From Sminthopsis crassicaudata (Eukaryota): a DNA stretch of 64,000 bases. The number at the start of each line of letters is the position of its first letter. The stretch's first letter is position 1. The translations under genes and the position numbers were made by a program. Below are positions 34,446 through 46,980 of this stretch, piece after piece. The DNA is taken from NCBI RefSeq assembly GCF_048593235.1, contig NC_133622.1:236809198-236873197 (forward strand). Reading direction: 5' to 3'. The notes beneath the pieces are model-generated. The model made no database searches and was not told the origin of the DNA. It saw only the letters and a program-made list of their open reading frames with translations.

Positions 34446-36660
34446 ATTGTTTGAATCATCTCATTGTTGAAGAGAGCCATGTCCATCAGAATTGATCATG
34501 ATATAGTATTGTTGTTGCTGTGTATAATGATCTCCTGGTGCTCCTCATTTCACTTAGCATCAGTTTATGTGAGTCTCTCCAAGTCTCTCTGAAATCATCT
34601 TGCTGGTCGTTTCTTAGAGAACAATAATATTCCATAGCATTCATATACCATAATTTATTCAGCCATTCTCCAGTTGATGGGCATCCATTCAGTTTCCAGT
34701 TTCTAGCCACTACAACAAAGACTGCCACAAAATTTTTTTGCATATGTGGGTCCCTTTTCCTCCTTTAAGATCTTTTTGGGATATAAGCCCAGTAGAAATA
34801 CTGCTGGGTCAAAGGGTATGCACAGTATGATAACTTTTTGAGCATAGTTTCAAATTGCTTTCCAGAATGGTTAGATCCATTCACAGTTTCACCAACGATG
34901 TATCAGTGTCCCAGTTTTCACACAACCTCACCAACATTCATTATTATTTTTTCCTGTCATCTTAGCCAATCTAATAGGTGTGTAGTAGTATCTCAGAGTT
35001 GTCTTAATTTTCATTTCTCTGATTAATAGTGATTTGGAGCACATTTTCATATGACTAGAAATAGTTTCAATTTCTTCATCTGAAAATTGTCCTGTTCACA
35101 TCCTTTGACCATTTATCAATTGGAGAATGTCTTGAATTCTTATAAATTTGAGTTAATTCTCTATATATTTTAGAAATGAGACCTTTATCAGAACCTTTGA
35201 ATGTAAAACTGTTTCCCCAGTTTATTGCTTCCCTTCTAATCTTATCTGCATTAGTTTTGTTTGCACAAAATTTTTTTAGCTTAATAATCAAAAATTATCT
35301 TTTTTTGTGATCAATAATGATCTCTTGTTCTTCTTTTCTCATAAATTCCTTCATCTTCCACAGATCTGAGAGGTAAATTATCCTATGTTCTTCTAATATC
35401 ATTCTTTATGTCTATATCATGAGCTCATTTCAACCCTAACTTGGTATACAGTGTTATGTATGGGTCAATGCCTAGTTTCTGCCAAATTAATTTCCAATTT
35501 TCCCAACAGTTTTTGTCAAATTGTGAATTCTCATGCCAAAAGCTGGCATCTTTGGGCTTGTCAAATACTAGATTGCTATAGTCATTGACTATTTTGCCCT
35601 GTGAACCTAAAATATTCAACTGACCAACTGCTCTATTTCTTAGCCATCAAGAAATTGTTTTGATAACTGCTGCTTTATAATAGTTTTAGATCTGGTACAG
35701 CTAGGCCACCTTCATTTGCTTTTCTCTTTATTAATTCTCTTAAAATTCTTGATTTTTTGTTCTTCCAGATGAATTTTGTTATTATTTTTTCTAGGTTAGT
35801 AAAATAGTTTCTTGGGAGTTTGGTATAGCACTAAATAAGTAGATTAGTTTAGGTAGTATTGTCATCTTTATTATACTTGCTCAATCTATCCAAGAGCACT
35901 TGATATTTTTCCAGTTGTTTAAATCTGACTTTATTTATCAAAATGTTTTGTAGTTTTGCTCATATACTCCTGATTTTCCCTTGGCACATAGATTCCAAAA
36001 TATTTTATACTTTTGACAGTTGTTTTAAATAATAGAATTTTTCTTTATCTCTTGCTGTTGAATTTTGCTGGTGATGTATAAAAATGCTGATGATTTATGT
36101 CCATTTTTTGTATCCTGAAACTGTGCTAAAGTTGTGGATTTTTTCTAATAGTTTTTAAGTTGACTCTCTAGGGTTCTCTAAGTATATCATCATATCATCT
36201 GCAAAGAGTGATGATTTAGTTTCCTAATTATTGTAATTCCTTTAATTTATTTTTCTTCTCTTATTGCCAAAGCTAGCATTTCTAATACAATATTGGATAG
36301 TAATGGTGATATTGGGCAACCTTATTTCACCCCTGATCTTATTGGGAATGATTCCAGTGTGTCCCCATTGCATATGATGCTTTGCTGATGGTTTTAAATA
36401 GATACTACTATTTTAAGGAAAAGTCCACTTACTCCTATATTCCCTATTTTTAAAAATGGGAATGGATTTTGGATTTTATCAAATGCTTTTTCTGCATCTA
36501 TTGAGATAATCACATGGTTTTCTTAATTTGGTTATGGATATAGTCATCAATTATGCTAATGGTTTTCCTAATATTGAACCAGCCCTGCGTTCCTGGTATA
36601 AATCCTACTTGGTCATGGTATATTATCCTGGGGATGCTTTTCTGTAATCTCCTTGCTAAT
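34446..36660 (-). mobile_element. L1 ORF2 fragment (stack element 2)
   Basis: ORF2 C-terminal and RT-region translations (DKGLISKIYRELTQ, SNLVFDKPKD); cut off at 36660 by another L1 tail. Confidence 0.9.
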
Positions 36661-39600
36661 ATTTATTTTTATTTTTTATTTTATTTAATAGTTTTTATTT
36701 ACCAGATATATGCATGAGTAATTTTACAACATTGACAATTGCCAAACCTTTTGTTCTAATTCCCCCCTCCCCGTCTTTTCCCCTCTCCCAGATGGCAGGT
36801 CGACCAATACATGTTCAATATGTTAAAGTATAAATTAAATACAATATATGTATACATGACCAAACAGTTGTTTTGCTGTACAAAAAGAATTGGACTTTGA
36901 AACAGTGTACAATTAGCCTGTGAAGGAAATCCAAAATGCAGGTGGACAAAATTAGAGGGATTGGGAATTCTATGTAGTGGTTCACAGTCATCTCCCAGAA
37001 TTCTTTTGCTGGTTGTAGCTGGTTCAGTTCATTACTGCTCCATTGGAACTGATTGGGTTCATCTCATTGTTGAAAATGCCACATCCATCAGAATTGATCA
37101 TTATATAGTATTGTTGTTGAAGTATACAATGATCTCCTGGTCCTACTCATTTCACTCAGCATCAGTTCATGTAAGTCTCTCCAGTCCTTTCTGAAATCAT
37201 CCTGTTGGTCATTTCTTACAGAACTATAAGATTCCATGATATTCAAAAAACCCAATTTATTCAGCAAATCTCCAATTGATGGACATCCACGTAGTTTCCA
37301 GTTTCTGGCCACTACAAAGAGGTTTGCCACAAATATTCTTGCACATACAGGTCCCTTTCCCTTCTTTAAGATCTCTTTGGGATATAAGCCCAGTAGTAAC
37401 ACTGCGGGTCAAAGAGTATGCACAGTTTGATAACTTTTTGAGCATAGTTCCAAATTGCTCTCCAAAATGGCTGGATGTATTCACAATTTTTCCAACAATG
37501 TATCAATGTCCCTGTTTTCCCACATCTCCTCCAACATTCTGCATTATCTTTCCCTCTCATTCTAGTCAATCTGACAGGTGTGTAGTAGTATCTCAGAGTT
37601 GTCTTAATTTGCATTTTTCTGATTAATAATGACTTGGAGCGTCTTTTCATATGACTAGAAATAGTTTCAATTTCTTTATCTGAGAATTTTCTGTTCATAT
37701 CCTTTGACCATTCATCAAATGGAGATTGCCTTGATTTCTTAATTTTAGAGTCAATTCTCTATATATTTTGGAAATGAGGCCTTTATCTGAACCTTTGACT
37801 GTAAAAATGTTTTCCCATTTTATTGTTTCCCTTTTAATCTTATCTGCATTGATTTTGTTTGTACAAAACATTTTCAATTCGATATAATCAAAGCTTTTTA
37901 TTTTGTGATCAATAATGATCTCTAGTTCTTCTTTGGTCATGAATTCTTTCCTCTTCCACAGTTCTGAGAGGTAAACTATGCTATGTTCCTCTAATTTATT
38001 TATAATCTCATTCAAATAGTCTATTTCTTAGCCAATACCAAATGGTTTTGGTAGCTGCTGCTTTATAATATAATTTTAGATCTGGTACGCCTAAGCCACC
38101 TTCATTTGATTTCTTTTTCATTAATTTCCTTGAAATTCTTGACTTTTTGTTTTTCCATATGAACTTTGTTGTTATTTTTTCTAGGTCATTAAAATAGTTT
38201 TTGGGGAGTCTGATTGGTATAGTGCTAAACAAATAGATTAGTTTAGGTAGTATTGTCATCTTTATTATATTTTCTCACCTTATCCAAGAGCATTTAATAT
38301 TTTTTTCCAATTAGTTAGATCAGACTTAATTTATGTGGAAAGTGCTTTGTAGTTTTGCTCATATAGTTTGATTTTCCCTTGGCAGATAGATTCTTAAATA
38401 TTTTATACTTTCAGTAGTTACTTTAAATGGAATTTCTCTTTGTAACTCTAACTGTTGGATTTTGTTAGTGATATATAAGAATGCTGATGACTTATGTGGG
38501 TTTATTTTCTATCCTGCAACTTTGCTAAAGGTATGGATTATATCTAATAGCTTTTTAGTAGAATCTTTGGGGTTTTCTAAGTATACCATCATATCATCGG
38601 CAAAGAGTGATAATTTGGTTTCCTCATTACCGACTCTAATTCTTTTAATCTCTTTCTATACTTTTATTGCCAAAGCTAGCATTTCTAATACAATATTGAA
38701 TAATAATGGTGATAGTGGGCAACCTTGTTTCATCCCTGATCTTAATGGGAATGGTTGCAGTTTATCCCCATTGCATATGATGCTTACAAATAGATGCTAC
38801 TGATTATTTTAAGGAAAAGTCCATTTATTCCTATACTCTCAGATGTTTTTAATAGGAATGGAAGTTGGACTTTATCAAATGCTTTTTCTGAATCTATTGA
38901 GATGATTATATTATTTTTGTTAATTTGGTCATTAATGTGGCCAATTATACTGATAGTTTTTCTAATATTGAACCAACCCGCATTCTTGGTATAAATCCTA
39001 TTTGATCATGATGTATTATCCTGGGGATGATTTTCTGTAGTCTTTTTTGCTAATATCTTATTTAAGATTTTAGCATCAATATTCATTAGGGAGATTGGTC
39101 TATAGTTTCCTTTCTATGTTTTCAACCTACCTGATTTAGGTATCAGTACCATGTCTGTGTCATAAAAGGAATTTGATAGGACTCCTTCATTCCCTATTTT
39201 TTCAAATAGTTTATATAACATTGGGGCTAATTGTTCTTTGAATGTTTGGTAGAATTCACATGCAAATCCATCTGGTCCTGGAGATTTTTTTCTTAGGGAG
39301 TTGATTAATAGCTTGTTCTATTTATTTTTTTGAAATGGGACTATTTAAGCAATTTACTTCCTCCTCTGTTAATCTGGGAAGCCTATATTTTTGGAGGTAG
39401 TCATCCATTTCACTTAAGTTATCAAATTTATTGGCATAAAGTTGGGCAAAGTAACTCATTTCTCTAATTTCCTCTTCATTGGTGGAGAGTTCCCCCTTTT
39501 CATTTTTAAGACTAACAATTTGATTTTCCTCTCTCCTTTTTCTAATAAGAGTTACCAACGGTTTATTTATTTTATTGCTTTTTTTCATAAAACCAACTCA

Positions 39601-40366
39601 GTTTTATTTATTAGTTCAATAGTTTTTTTAATTTTCAATATTATTAATTTCTCCTTTTAATTTTAGAATTTCAAGTTTAGTATTTGATTGGGGGGGTTTA
39701 AATTCACTTTTTTCTAGCTTTTTAAGTTGCAAGCCCAATTCATTGATCTTTTCTTTCTCTATTTTCTTCAAGTAAGCCTCTAAAGATATAACATTTCCCA
39801 CAAATTTTGGTATAATGTCTCATCATTGTCATTATCCTAAGTGAAGTTATTAATTGTGTCTATAATTTGCTGTTTCACACAATCATTCTTTAAGATGAGA
39901 TTATTTAGTTTCCAATTACTTTTTGGTCTACTTATACCTAACTTTTTCTTGAATGTAATTTTTAATGCATTGTGATCTGAAAAGAAAGCCTTTACTATTT
40001 CTACCTTCCTGCATTTAACTTTGAGATCTTTAGTCCTAATATATGGTCAATTTTTGTATAGGTTCCATGAACTGCTGAGAAGAAAGTATACTCCTTTTGT
40101 GTCACATTCAGTTTTCTCCAAAGATCTATCATACCTAATTTTCCTAATATTCTATTTACCTCTTTAATTTCTTTCTTATTTGTTTTGTGGTTTGATTTAT
40201 CTAATTATGAGATCTCCCACTATGATAGTTTTGTTGTCTATTTCTCCTTGCAACTCCCTTAACTTCTCCTTTAGGAAGTTAGATGCTATACCACTTGGTG
40301 CATATATATTTAGTATTGATATTGCTTCATTGTCTATGCTACCCTTTAGCAAAATATAGTTTCCTT
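36661..40366 (-). mobile_element. L1 from 3' tail to ORF2 endonuclease region, with an internal deletion at ~38025 (stack element 3)
   Basis: Tail at 36661; ORF2 fragments [20 protein letters not shown] and [11 protein letters not shown]; ends abruptly at the start of duplication unit B. Confidence 0.9.
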
Positions 40367-40555
40367 CATTTGATTCCCAAAATAAACCTCAGAGGTAGGT
40401 GCTATCTTCAGATTATTATGGATTATCAAAGTTTTTTTTTTTTTTTAACAGATAAGGAAAGTAAGCCTGAGAGAAGTGACCTGGCCAGGTTCACAGAGTT
40501 TATGCTTAAGGTAGCATTTTTACTCAGCTTTTCCTGACTCTAGGTTGAATACTCT

Positions 40556-41034
40556 CTTTTGAGCTGGCCATATTGTTCAAATGCCAATTGTATGCTTGTC
40601 AAAAAGACTGTTTTATGGAGAATTCACACAGGACAAGGATTTACTTGTTGGTCAGAAGAAGCATTACAAGGATACTCTCAAATCTTTCTTAAGAACTTTA
40701 GAATTGATTGTATGTCATGGGAGTCACTGGCACAGGACCATGCAGAATGGTTGTGCCCTCATTAGAGAAAGTGCTGTCCTCTGAGCAAACTATAATTGGA
40801 TTAGATCAGAAGAAATACAAGATGCACAAAGTTAGAAAGTCCACCCGAAATATTCATAGGGATTATTTGCGCCCAATCTGTGGCAGAGCATTCTGAGCTC
40901 CTGTTGGTCTAAACAGCTACAATTACACACACTGTGACTGGACTGTAACATAGTGATGCCATTCTGGCTCTCTTCAAGAATGAAGGACGACTACTTACCA
41001 ACTAACCAACCAACCAACAAACCAAGTAACCAAC
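40556..41034 (+). mobile_element. Marsupial RTE LINE 3' end, copy B
   Basis: Duplicate of 25090-25560. Confidence 0.85.
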
Positions 41035-42342
41035 ATTCCGTCTATTTCACTAGTTAGATACTTAAGTAAAACATTGAGAACTGAAGATCAGAAGATTTCT
41101 TGGAGTCTTTGGAACTTGTTTACAATAAGAGTAGGGATGATACAATGAATAGCACCACCTAATAAGTTCACAGTTTCTCTGTTGGTTAGCGATATAACAT
41201 ATCCCTTGAATACACATACACATGATGTGGCCTTTTGTGTCATATCTCTAATACAAAAGTAATAATTACATTTTATGGTACAGATAGGATACTCTATTGG
41301 ACTTAATTTTTTTTATTGATTAAATATTTTTTATTGATATCTTTTGTCTTTCTCTTCCCTTTATTTGTCAATATTTCTCAGTTTCCCCACTTGGAGAACC
41401 ATTATTTCCCAAGATAAATAAAAAATAAAAAAGAAAGAGAAAAAAAGTCAGATGAACAAAATTAAACAGCACACCAATCAAATTTCATAGTACATGCAAT
41501 AGGCTGTCCCCTTTATCCCTGTAAAACAGAGAGAAAGGTGCCTTTTCCTGTCTCTTCTCCAGAGTTAAATTTCATCATTGTACACAAAAACACAGGATTT
41601 ATTTTGAAGTTGTTTTACATAATTGAATATATCACATTTCAGATTCTTATTTCTCTTTTCATCAGTCTTCCTGTTACTTATTTGACTTTTCAAAACTTTT
41701 ATACATAATTCATGATCTTCATAATAAAATGGTATGTATATATATATATATATGTACATGTATGTGTATGTGCATTTTTTCAGATGAAGCAAGTGGGATT
41801 TAGGGAGGATAAGTGATTTGCTTAACTCCATACATGCAATAAATTAGATGAGCACCCTTCTTATTATACATTATTGGGACCAGGATATTCAGGAAAGCAA
41901 ACACTAGTCTGAGCAGCACTTCATATTCATGTAGATGTAGATAATATGGGAGAGGGACAGCCTTAGAGTCAGGAATATGGGATTTCAAGCTTCATCTCTG
42001 ATACATACTGACTTTGTGACTCAAAGAAAATCAATTAAAGTTTCAAATACACTATTGGAGGAGGTAGTTATATCAATCATGCTTTTCATTGAAGGAGTAC
42101 TGGTCCAGACCAAAATACAAACAATAATAATAATTACAGAAACAAATTCTAACCAAAAATGAAATACTGAGGAAGAAACATTAAAGAAGAAGAAGGTTCT
42201 TTGTATTAAGAGCAGATAATTTATTTAAAGCATTTCTAGAATATTACTGTTAGGAAGGAACATTTATGTAGTGCCCTGGACACCCATTTCTTCCCATTCT
42301 GATTCAGGATAAGACAATTCCATGGGGCCCACATCACTCCCT

Positions 42343-43272
42343 TCATTTCTCATTTTTCTTCAGTGTCCTGACCCACAATTTCCTCATGGCATTCTTCACT
42401 TCAGCATTTCTTAAGGAGTAGATAACTGGGTTCAAGAGAGGAGTGATCACTGTGTAGAATACGGCTACCATTTTGTCAATAGAAAGTGTGGTGGAGGGTC
42501 GCATATAGATGAAGATGCAGGGCCCAAAGAATAAGACAACCACAGTAATGTGTGAGGCACAGGTGGAGAGAGCCTTTTGGCGTCCCTCCTTGCTGTGCCC
42601 TCTCAGGTGTACCAAGATGACAGCATAAGAGGTAAGGAGAACCCCAAAACTAATCAGTGAAAGGCTCCCACCATTAACCACAATGAGCTGACCTATGAAG
42701 TAAGTGTCAGTGCAGGCAAGTTCCAGCAGAGGGAGTAGGTCACAGAAATAGTGGTCAATCACATTGGGGCCACAGAAGGGTAAACGGAACATGAGGAGAA
42801 TTTGGGCAATTGAGTGGAGGAAGCCACCCATCCAGGACACCCCCAACAAGAGCCCACACATCTGCTTGTTCATAATTGTCATATAGTGTAGAGGTTTACA
42901 TATGGCCACGCACCTGTCATAGGCCATTACTGTGAGTAGGAAGATTTCAATACCACCAAAGAAATGCATAAAGAATAGTTGTGTGATACAGCCTTCTAGG
43001 GAGATGGTTTTCTTTTTAACAAGTAAATCCACAATGAGTTTGGGAGATGTAGTGGAAGAATAGCAGATCTCCACAAAGGAGAGATGACTGAGGAAGAAAT
43101 ACATAGGAGAGCCAAGGCTGTTGCTGCATTTGATAGTTAACACTATGAGAGAATTCCCCAACACTACAGCAGTATACATGAGCAGAAACACCACAAAGAA
43201 AACTCTCTGAACTTCTTGTTTGGAAGAGAATCCTAGAAAAATGAATTCTGTCACATTGCTGGTTGGCAGCAT
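42343..43272 (-). CDS. OR4X2: Olfactory receptor OR4X2-like, copy B (309 aa; MAYDRC variant)
   Basis: Paralog of 27145-28074 at constant offset 15198 with 11 nt and 7 aa differences counted by eye. Confidence 0.92.
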   Translation of the reverse strand: MLPTSNVTEFIFLGFSSKQEVQRVFFVVFLLMYTAVVLGNSLIVLTIKCSNSLGSPMYFFLSHLSFVEICYSSTTSPKLIVDLLVKKKTISLEGCITQLFFMHFFGGIEIFLLTVMAYDRCVAICKPLHYMTIMNKQMCGLLLGVSWMGGFLHSIAQILLMFRLPFCGPNVIDHYFCDLLPLLELACTDTYFIGQLIVVNGGSLSLISFGVLLTSYAVILVHLRGHSKEGRQKALSTCASHITVVVLFFGPCIFIYMRPSTTLSIDKMVAVFYTVITPLLNPVIYSLRNAEVKNAMRKLWVRTLKKNEK

Positions 43273-43960
43273 GATTGCTGGTCAAAAGGTCAAGAATTTT
43301 TTGAAATCTATAAATCAATAGCTAAAGTCTTAAATCAGAATGGTGGCCAAAGGCAGAACCGCCTATTATTCATAGAATGGTCAACAGGGTAACTGCAAGG
43401 GCCAATTTATCAGGTGATAATTAAAAATCAAATTACTGTAAGGATCATTAACAATATAGGATCTGAGGGAGTACAGTTTTCGGATGTAAAAGCACTCTCA
43501 TCATTGAGATAGGGATTAGTCAGGAAGATCCTTGAGAATGAGAAATGAAGAGGAATCAGCCAGGGCTGTAGAACTTGGGAGACTTATTCAGTGTACCCCA
43601 ATTTATGACTTTAAACTCTCCTGCTCCTTTTGCTGGAACTGCTGTTCTTGGGTAGGCCACAAAGCATGGGGAATTTGCTAGGAGAGGATCCTGTGAAATG
43701 GTGCAAAAGAAGAAATCCAGTCTTTGAAATTAGTTGTGTCATTGTCACAGCAACATAGACTTTGTAAGTCACCTTAAGTGACTTACATTTGTAAGTCATC
43801 TCATTTAATCCCTTATTTTATGATCAACAAAACCAAGGCCCAGGGAGTTCAATTTAGCAAGTATTCATTAAGGGTCTACATTATACAATATATCATACAG
43901 AGCACCAAAGATAAGGAAGCAAAGGAAACAAAAAGTAGTTTTTGCTTTCAAGGAACTTTT

Positions 43961-44176
43961 NNNNNNNNNNNNNNNNNNNNNNNNNNNNNNNNNNNNNNNN
44001 NNNNNNNNNNNNNNNNNNNNNNNNNNNNNNNNNNNNNNNNNNNNNNNNNNNNNNNNNNNNNNNNNNNNNNNNNNNNNNNNNNNNNNNNNNNNNNNNNNNN
44101 NNNNNNNNNNNNNNNNNNNNNNNNNNNNNNNNNNNNNNNNNNNNNNNNNNNNNNNNNNNNNNNNNNNNNNNNNNNN
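43961..44176. other. Assembly gap (216 N)
   Basis: N run. Confidence 1.
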
Positions 44177-45119
44177 CAATTAAAAGGAATTTACTTTTCC
44201 ATGCCCCTCTACTCTCCTCCCTCCTTGACAATTAAAAAAAATTGATTTTTTAAAAAACAAATTTACATGACCACATTGGTCATTTCCAAAAATGTACATC
44301 TTATTTTTCACTTTGAATCCATCACTTCTCTGCCAGGAAGGAGGTAGCATGCTTCATTGTCAGTCTTCTGGAATCTTGGTTTGATATTGTATAGAACAAA
44401 GTTTACAAATCTTTCAAAGTTGTTTTTCAATATAATGTTATTGTTATTGTATAACTATTAGAACCTTCTTTTATTATGGAATTTGGGATAAACCATCTCC
44501 ACTTAGGATTTAATCCAAAGTCATTCTAAAGGACCTAGGAAGATGTCAATTTTTAATTTTTATTTTCCAATAAATAATATTTTATAAAGATAGTTTTCAG
44601 CATTCATTTTTAAATACGATTTTGAGTTTCAATTTTTTAATCTTTCCCTCTCTTTCCCCCTTCTTAAGATAGCAAGCAATCTGATATAGATTATACATGT
44701 GCAGAAATGTAAACTTATTTCTATGTTAGTCAAGTTGTAAAATAAGAAACAGAACAAAAGGAAAAGCCGTGAAAAATAAAAACCAACCAAAAAAAGAAAA
44801 ATAGTATATTTTATTCAATCTGCAATCAGACTCCATATTTCTTTTTCTGGATGTGGATAGCATTATTCATTATGAGAGTTTTGAAATTCTCCTAGGTCAT
44901 TGTATTGCTGAGAAGAGCCAAGTCAGTTACTGCTGTTAACTATGCACAATGTTCTCTCATTTATGGTCACTTTACTCAGCATCAGTTCATGTAAGTCTTT
45001 CTGGATTTTTCTGAAATCTGTCTGCTCACCATTTCCTTCCTTCCTTCTTCCCTTCCTTCCTTCCTTCCTCTCCTTCCCTTTCTTCTCCTTCTCCCTTTCT
45101 TTCCCTGATTCCTCCCTTT

Positions 45120-45760
45120 CTTTTTTTCAGCATTTTTTCTTTTATTACAAGCATACAATATTAATTGGCAAAACACTGAATACAAGCTTCACTATTATGA
45201 AGCAATACATTAAGCAATATTCCAAAAAGATTCTTAGGCAAAAAGAAAAACTAGCCACTAAGAGTACAAAAATTACACAGCAACACAAAGCACAAAAATG
45301 TAAATTTTCAAATGAAATAGTCATTTCAATATACTGTGATAATTTCAGCTCTTTCCTTTGCCACACAATGATGTTAAAGGCTTAGTGACTGCAATGTTTA
45401 TTGTACTCTAATTCTAATTTTGTCTCATCTGAGAATTTTTTTTCTTTATGCCCAGTTAAATGTTATTGGGATGCAGTTACACCAATGCTTTACATACATT
45501 TTTAAACAAAATTCAAACTTCACCTCATTCTTCAAACATAAGTTTTTATATGAAGGAATTAAATGTAATGATAGCACCAACAAAATGTAATTCCCCACAA
45601 CTTTTTAAAAGCTTTAATCTTTTCAGAGATGAGAAGTCATTAAAACAAACTAAAATTCCAAGCCAATCTGATGTCCAATTGATTTAGTGCTCTCTCTGTC
45701 TCTATCTGTCTCTCTGTCTGTCTCTCTCTTTCTCTCTCTCTCTCTTTCATGATTAATAAT
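45120..45760 (-). pseudogene. Putative retroposed mRNA 3'-UTR fragment, copy B (AATAAA plus poly(A))
   Basis: Minus-strand AATAAA at 45141-45146, 13 nt before an A8 run. The host L1 resumes at ~45765 with an approximate TSD TCACCATTTCCT / TCATCATTTCTT. Confidence 0.62.
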
Positions 45761-46554
45761 TGATCATCATTTCTTATGCCACAATAGTATTCCATAACTT
45801 GTTCAGCCTTTCCCTAATTAATGGGAATTCTCTCGATATCCAATTCTTTGCTACCACAAAAGAACTGCTATACGTATTTTTGTACATGTAGGTCCTTTCC
45901 CCCTTTTATAATGCCTTTGGGATACAGACCTATTAGTGGTGTTGCTAGACCTAGTTTGAGCGCCCTTTGGACATAGTTCCAAAGTGCTCCCCAGAATGGG
46001 AGGATCATTTTGCAATTCCACCAACAGCTAATTGGAAGCTATCCCTTTTTCTCAATTTCCTCAACATCATGGAATTCCAGGGGCACCTACATGGCACAGA
46101 GGATAGAGCATTGGCCCTGAAGTCAGGAGGATCTAAATTGAAATCCAGTCTCAGAGACATAATACTTCCTTAGCTGTAGGACCCTGGCCACTTAACCCCA
46201 ACTGCCTCAGCAAAAAAAGGATCATGGAATTCCTTGGCTTTTTCAAAGAGCCAAATCCAGTTTGCTTTTACAAACCCAAATGTAGTAGGTAGACAATAGT
46301 TACATAAGAATAGTTACATACATCAATAACTGGATTTTACTAAGAACACAATCCTGATGAGATTGAATTCTTGGTGAAGTTAAAAAAAACCCCTCCAAAC
46401 TCTAAACATGTGCTTAATTAATGTTTGGTGATTAAATTACTTCCAGAGCTGAATAGAATTGATCACAGAATACAATTATATGCTACAGATCTTTTTTTAA
46501 AAACACTTCCCTGATTTCTCTGTGTATATGTACATATATATATATATATATATT

Positions 46555-46693
46555 CCCCCCCCCCCCAGGCTGGGGTTAAGTGACTTGCCCAGGGTCACAC
46601 AGCTAGGAAGTGTTAAGTGTCTGAGATCAGATTTGAACTCGGGTCCTCTTGAATTCAAGGCTGGTGCTCTATCCACTGCGCCACCTAGCTGCC
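46555..46693 (-). mobile_element. Young WSINE1-like SINE, unit B only
   Basis: Near-intact GGCAGCTAGGTGGCGCAGTGGATAGAGCACCAGCCTTGAATTCAAGAGGACCCGAGTTC with CpGs retained; empty site at ~30900. Confidence 0.88.
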
Positions 46694-46831
46694 TCACTCT
46701 TATATTTTTAAAGCTCTAGTGAAAAAAGCCTTTTGGATCCTGAGCTTGTAAAACATCTAAAAAAAAGTTAAACATGGCTCAGGCTTAGGGTTGACTTTAA
46801 AACCTGGTCACTCAACTTATTCCATTTCTCT

Positions 46832-46980
46832 CTCTTTTTTTATAATAGTTTCTATTTACCAGATATATACATGGGTAATTTGACACTTGCCAAACCTTTT
46901 GTTCTAATTTTTTTCCTCCTTCGCCCCTCCCCCCAGATGGCTGGTTGACCAATACATGTTAAATATGTTAAAGTAAAAAC
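46832..46980 (-). mobile_element. Short L1 3' end with TSD, unit B only
   Basis: TCCATTTCTCT at 46821-46831 and 46981-46991; empty site at ~31022. Confidence 0.82.

Noticed and set aside
33661-40366. Possible active L1
   Set aside because: ORF2 is broken into many short frames with stops, frameshifts and deletions; no intact ORF1/ORF2 anywhere in the window.
46555-46693. tRNA-like A/B boxes as tRNA genes
   Set aside because: They are SINE heads followed by CORE sequence and tails; no cloverleaf gene. No rRNA or CRISPR features were seen either.
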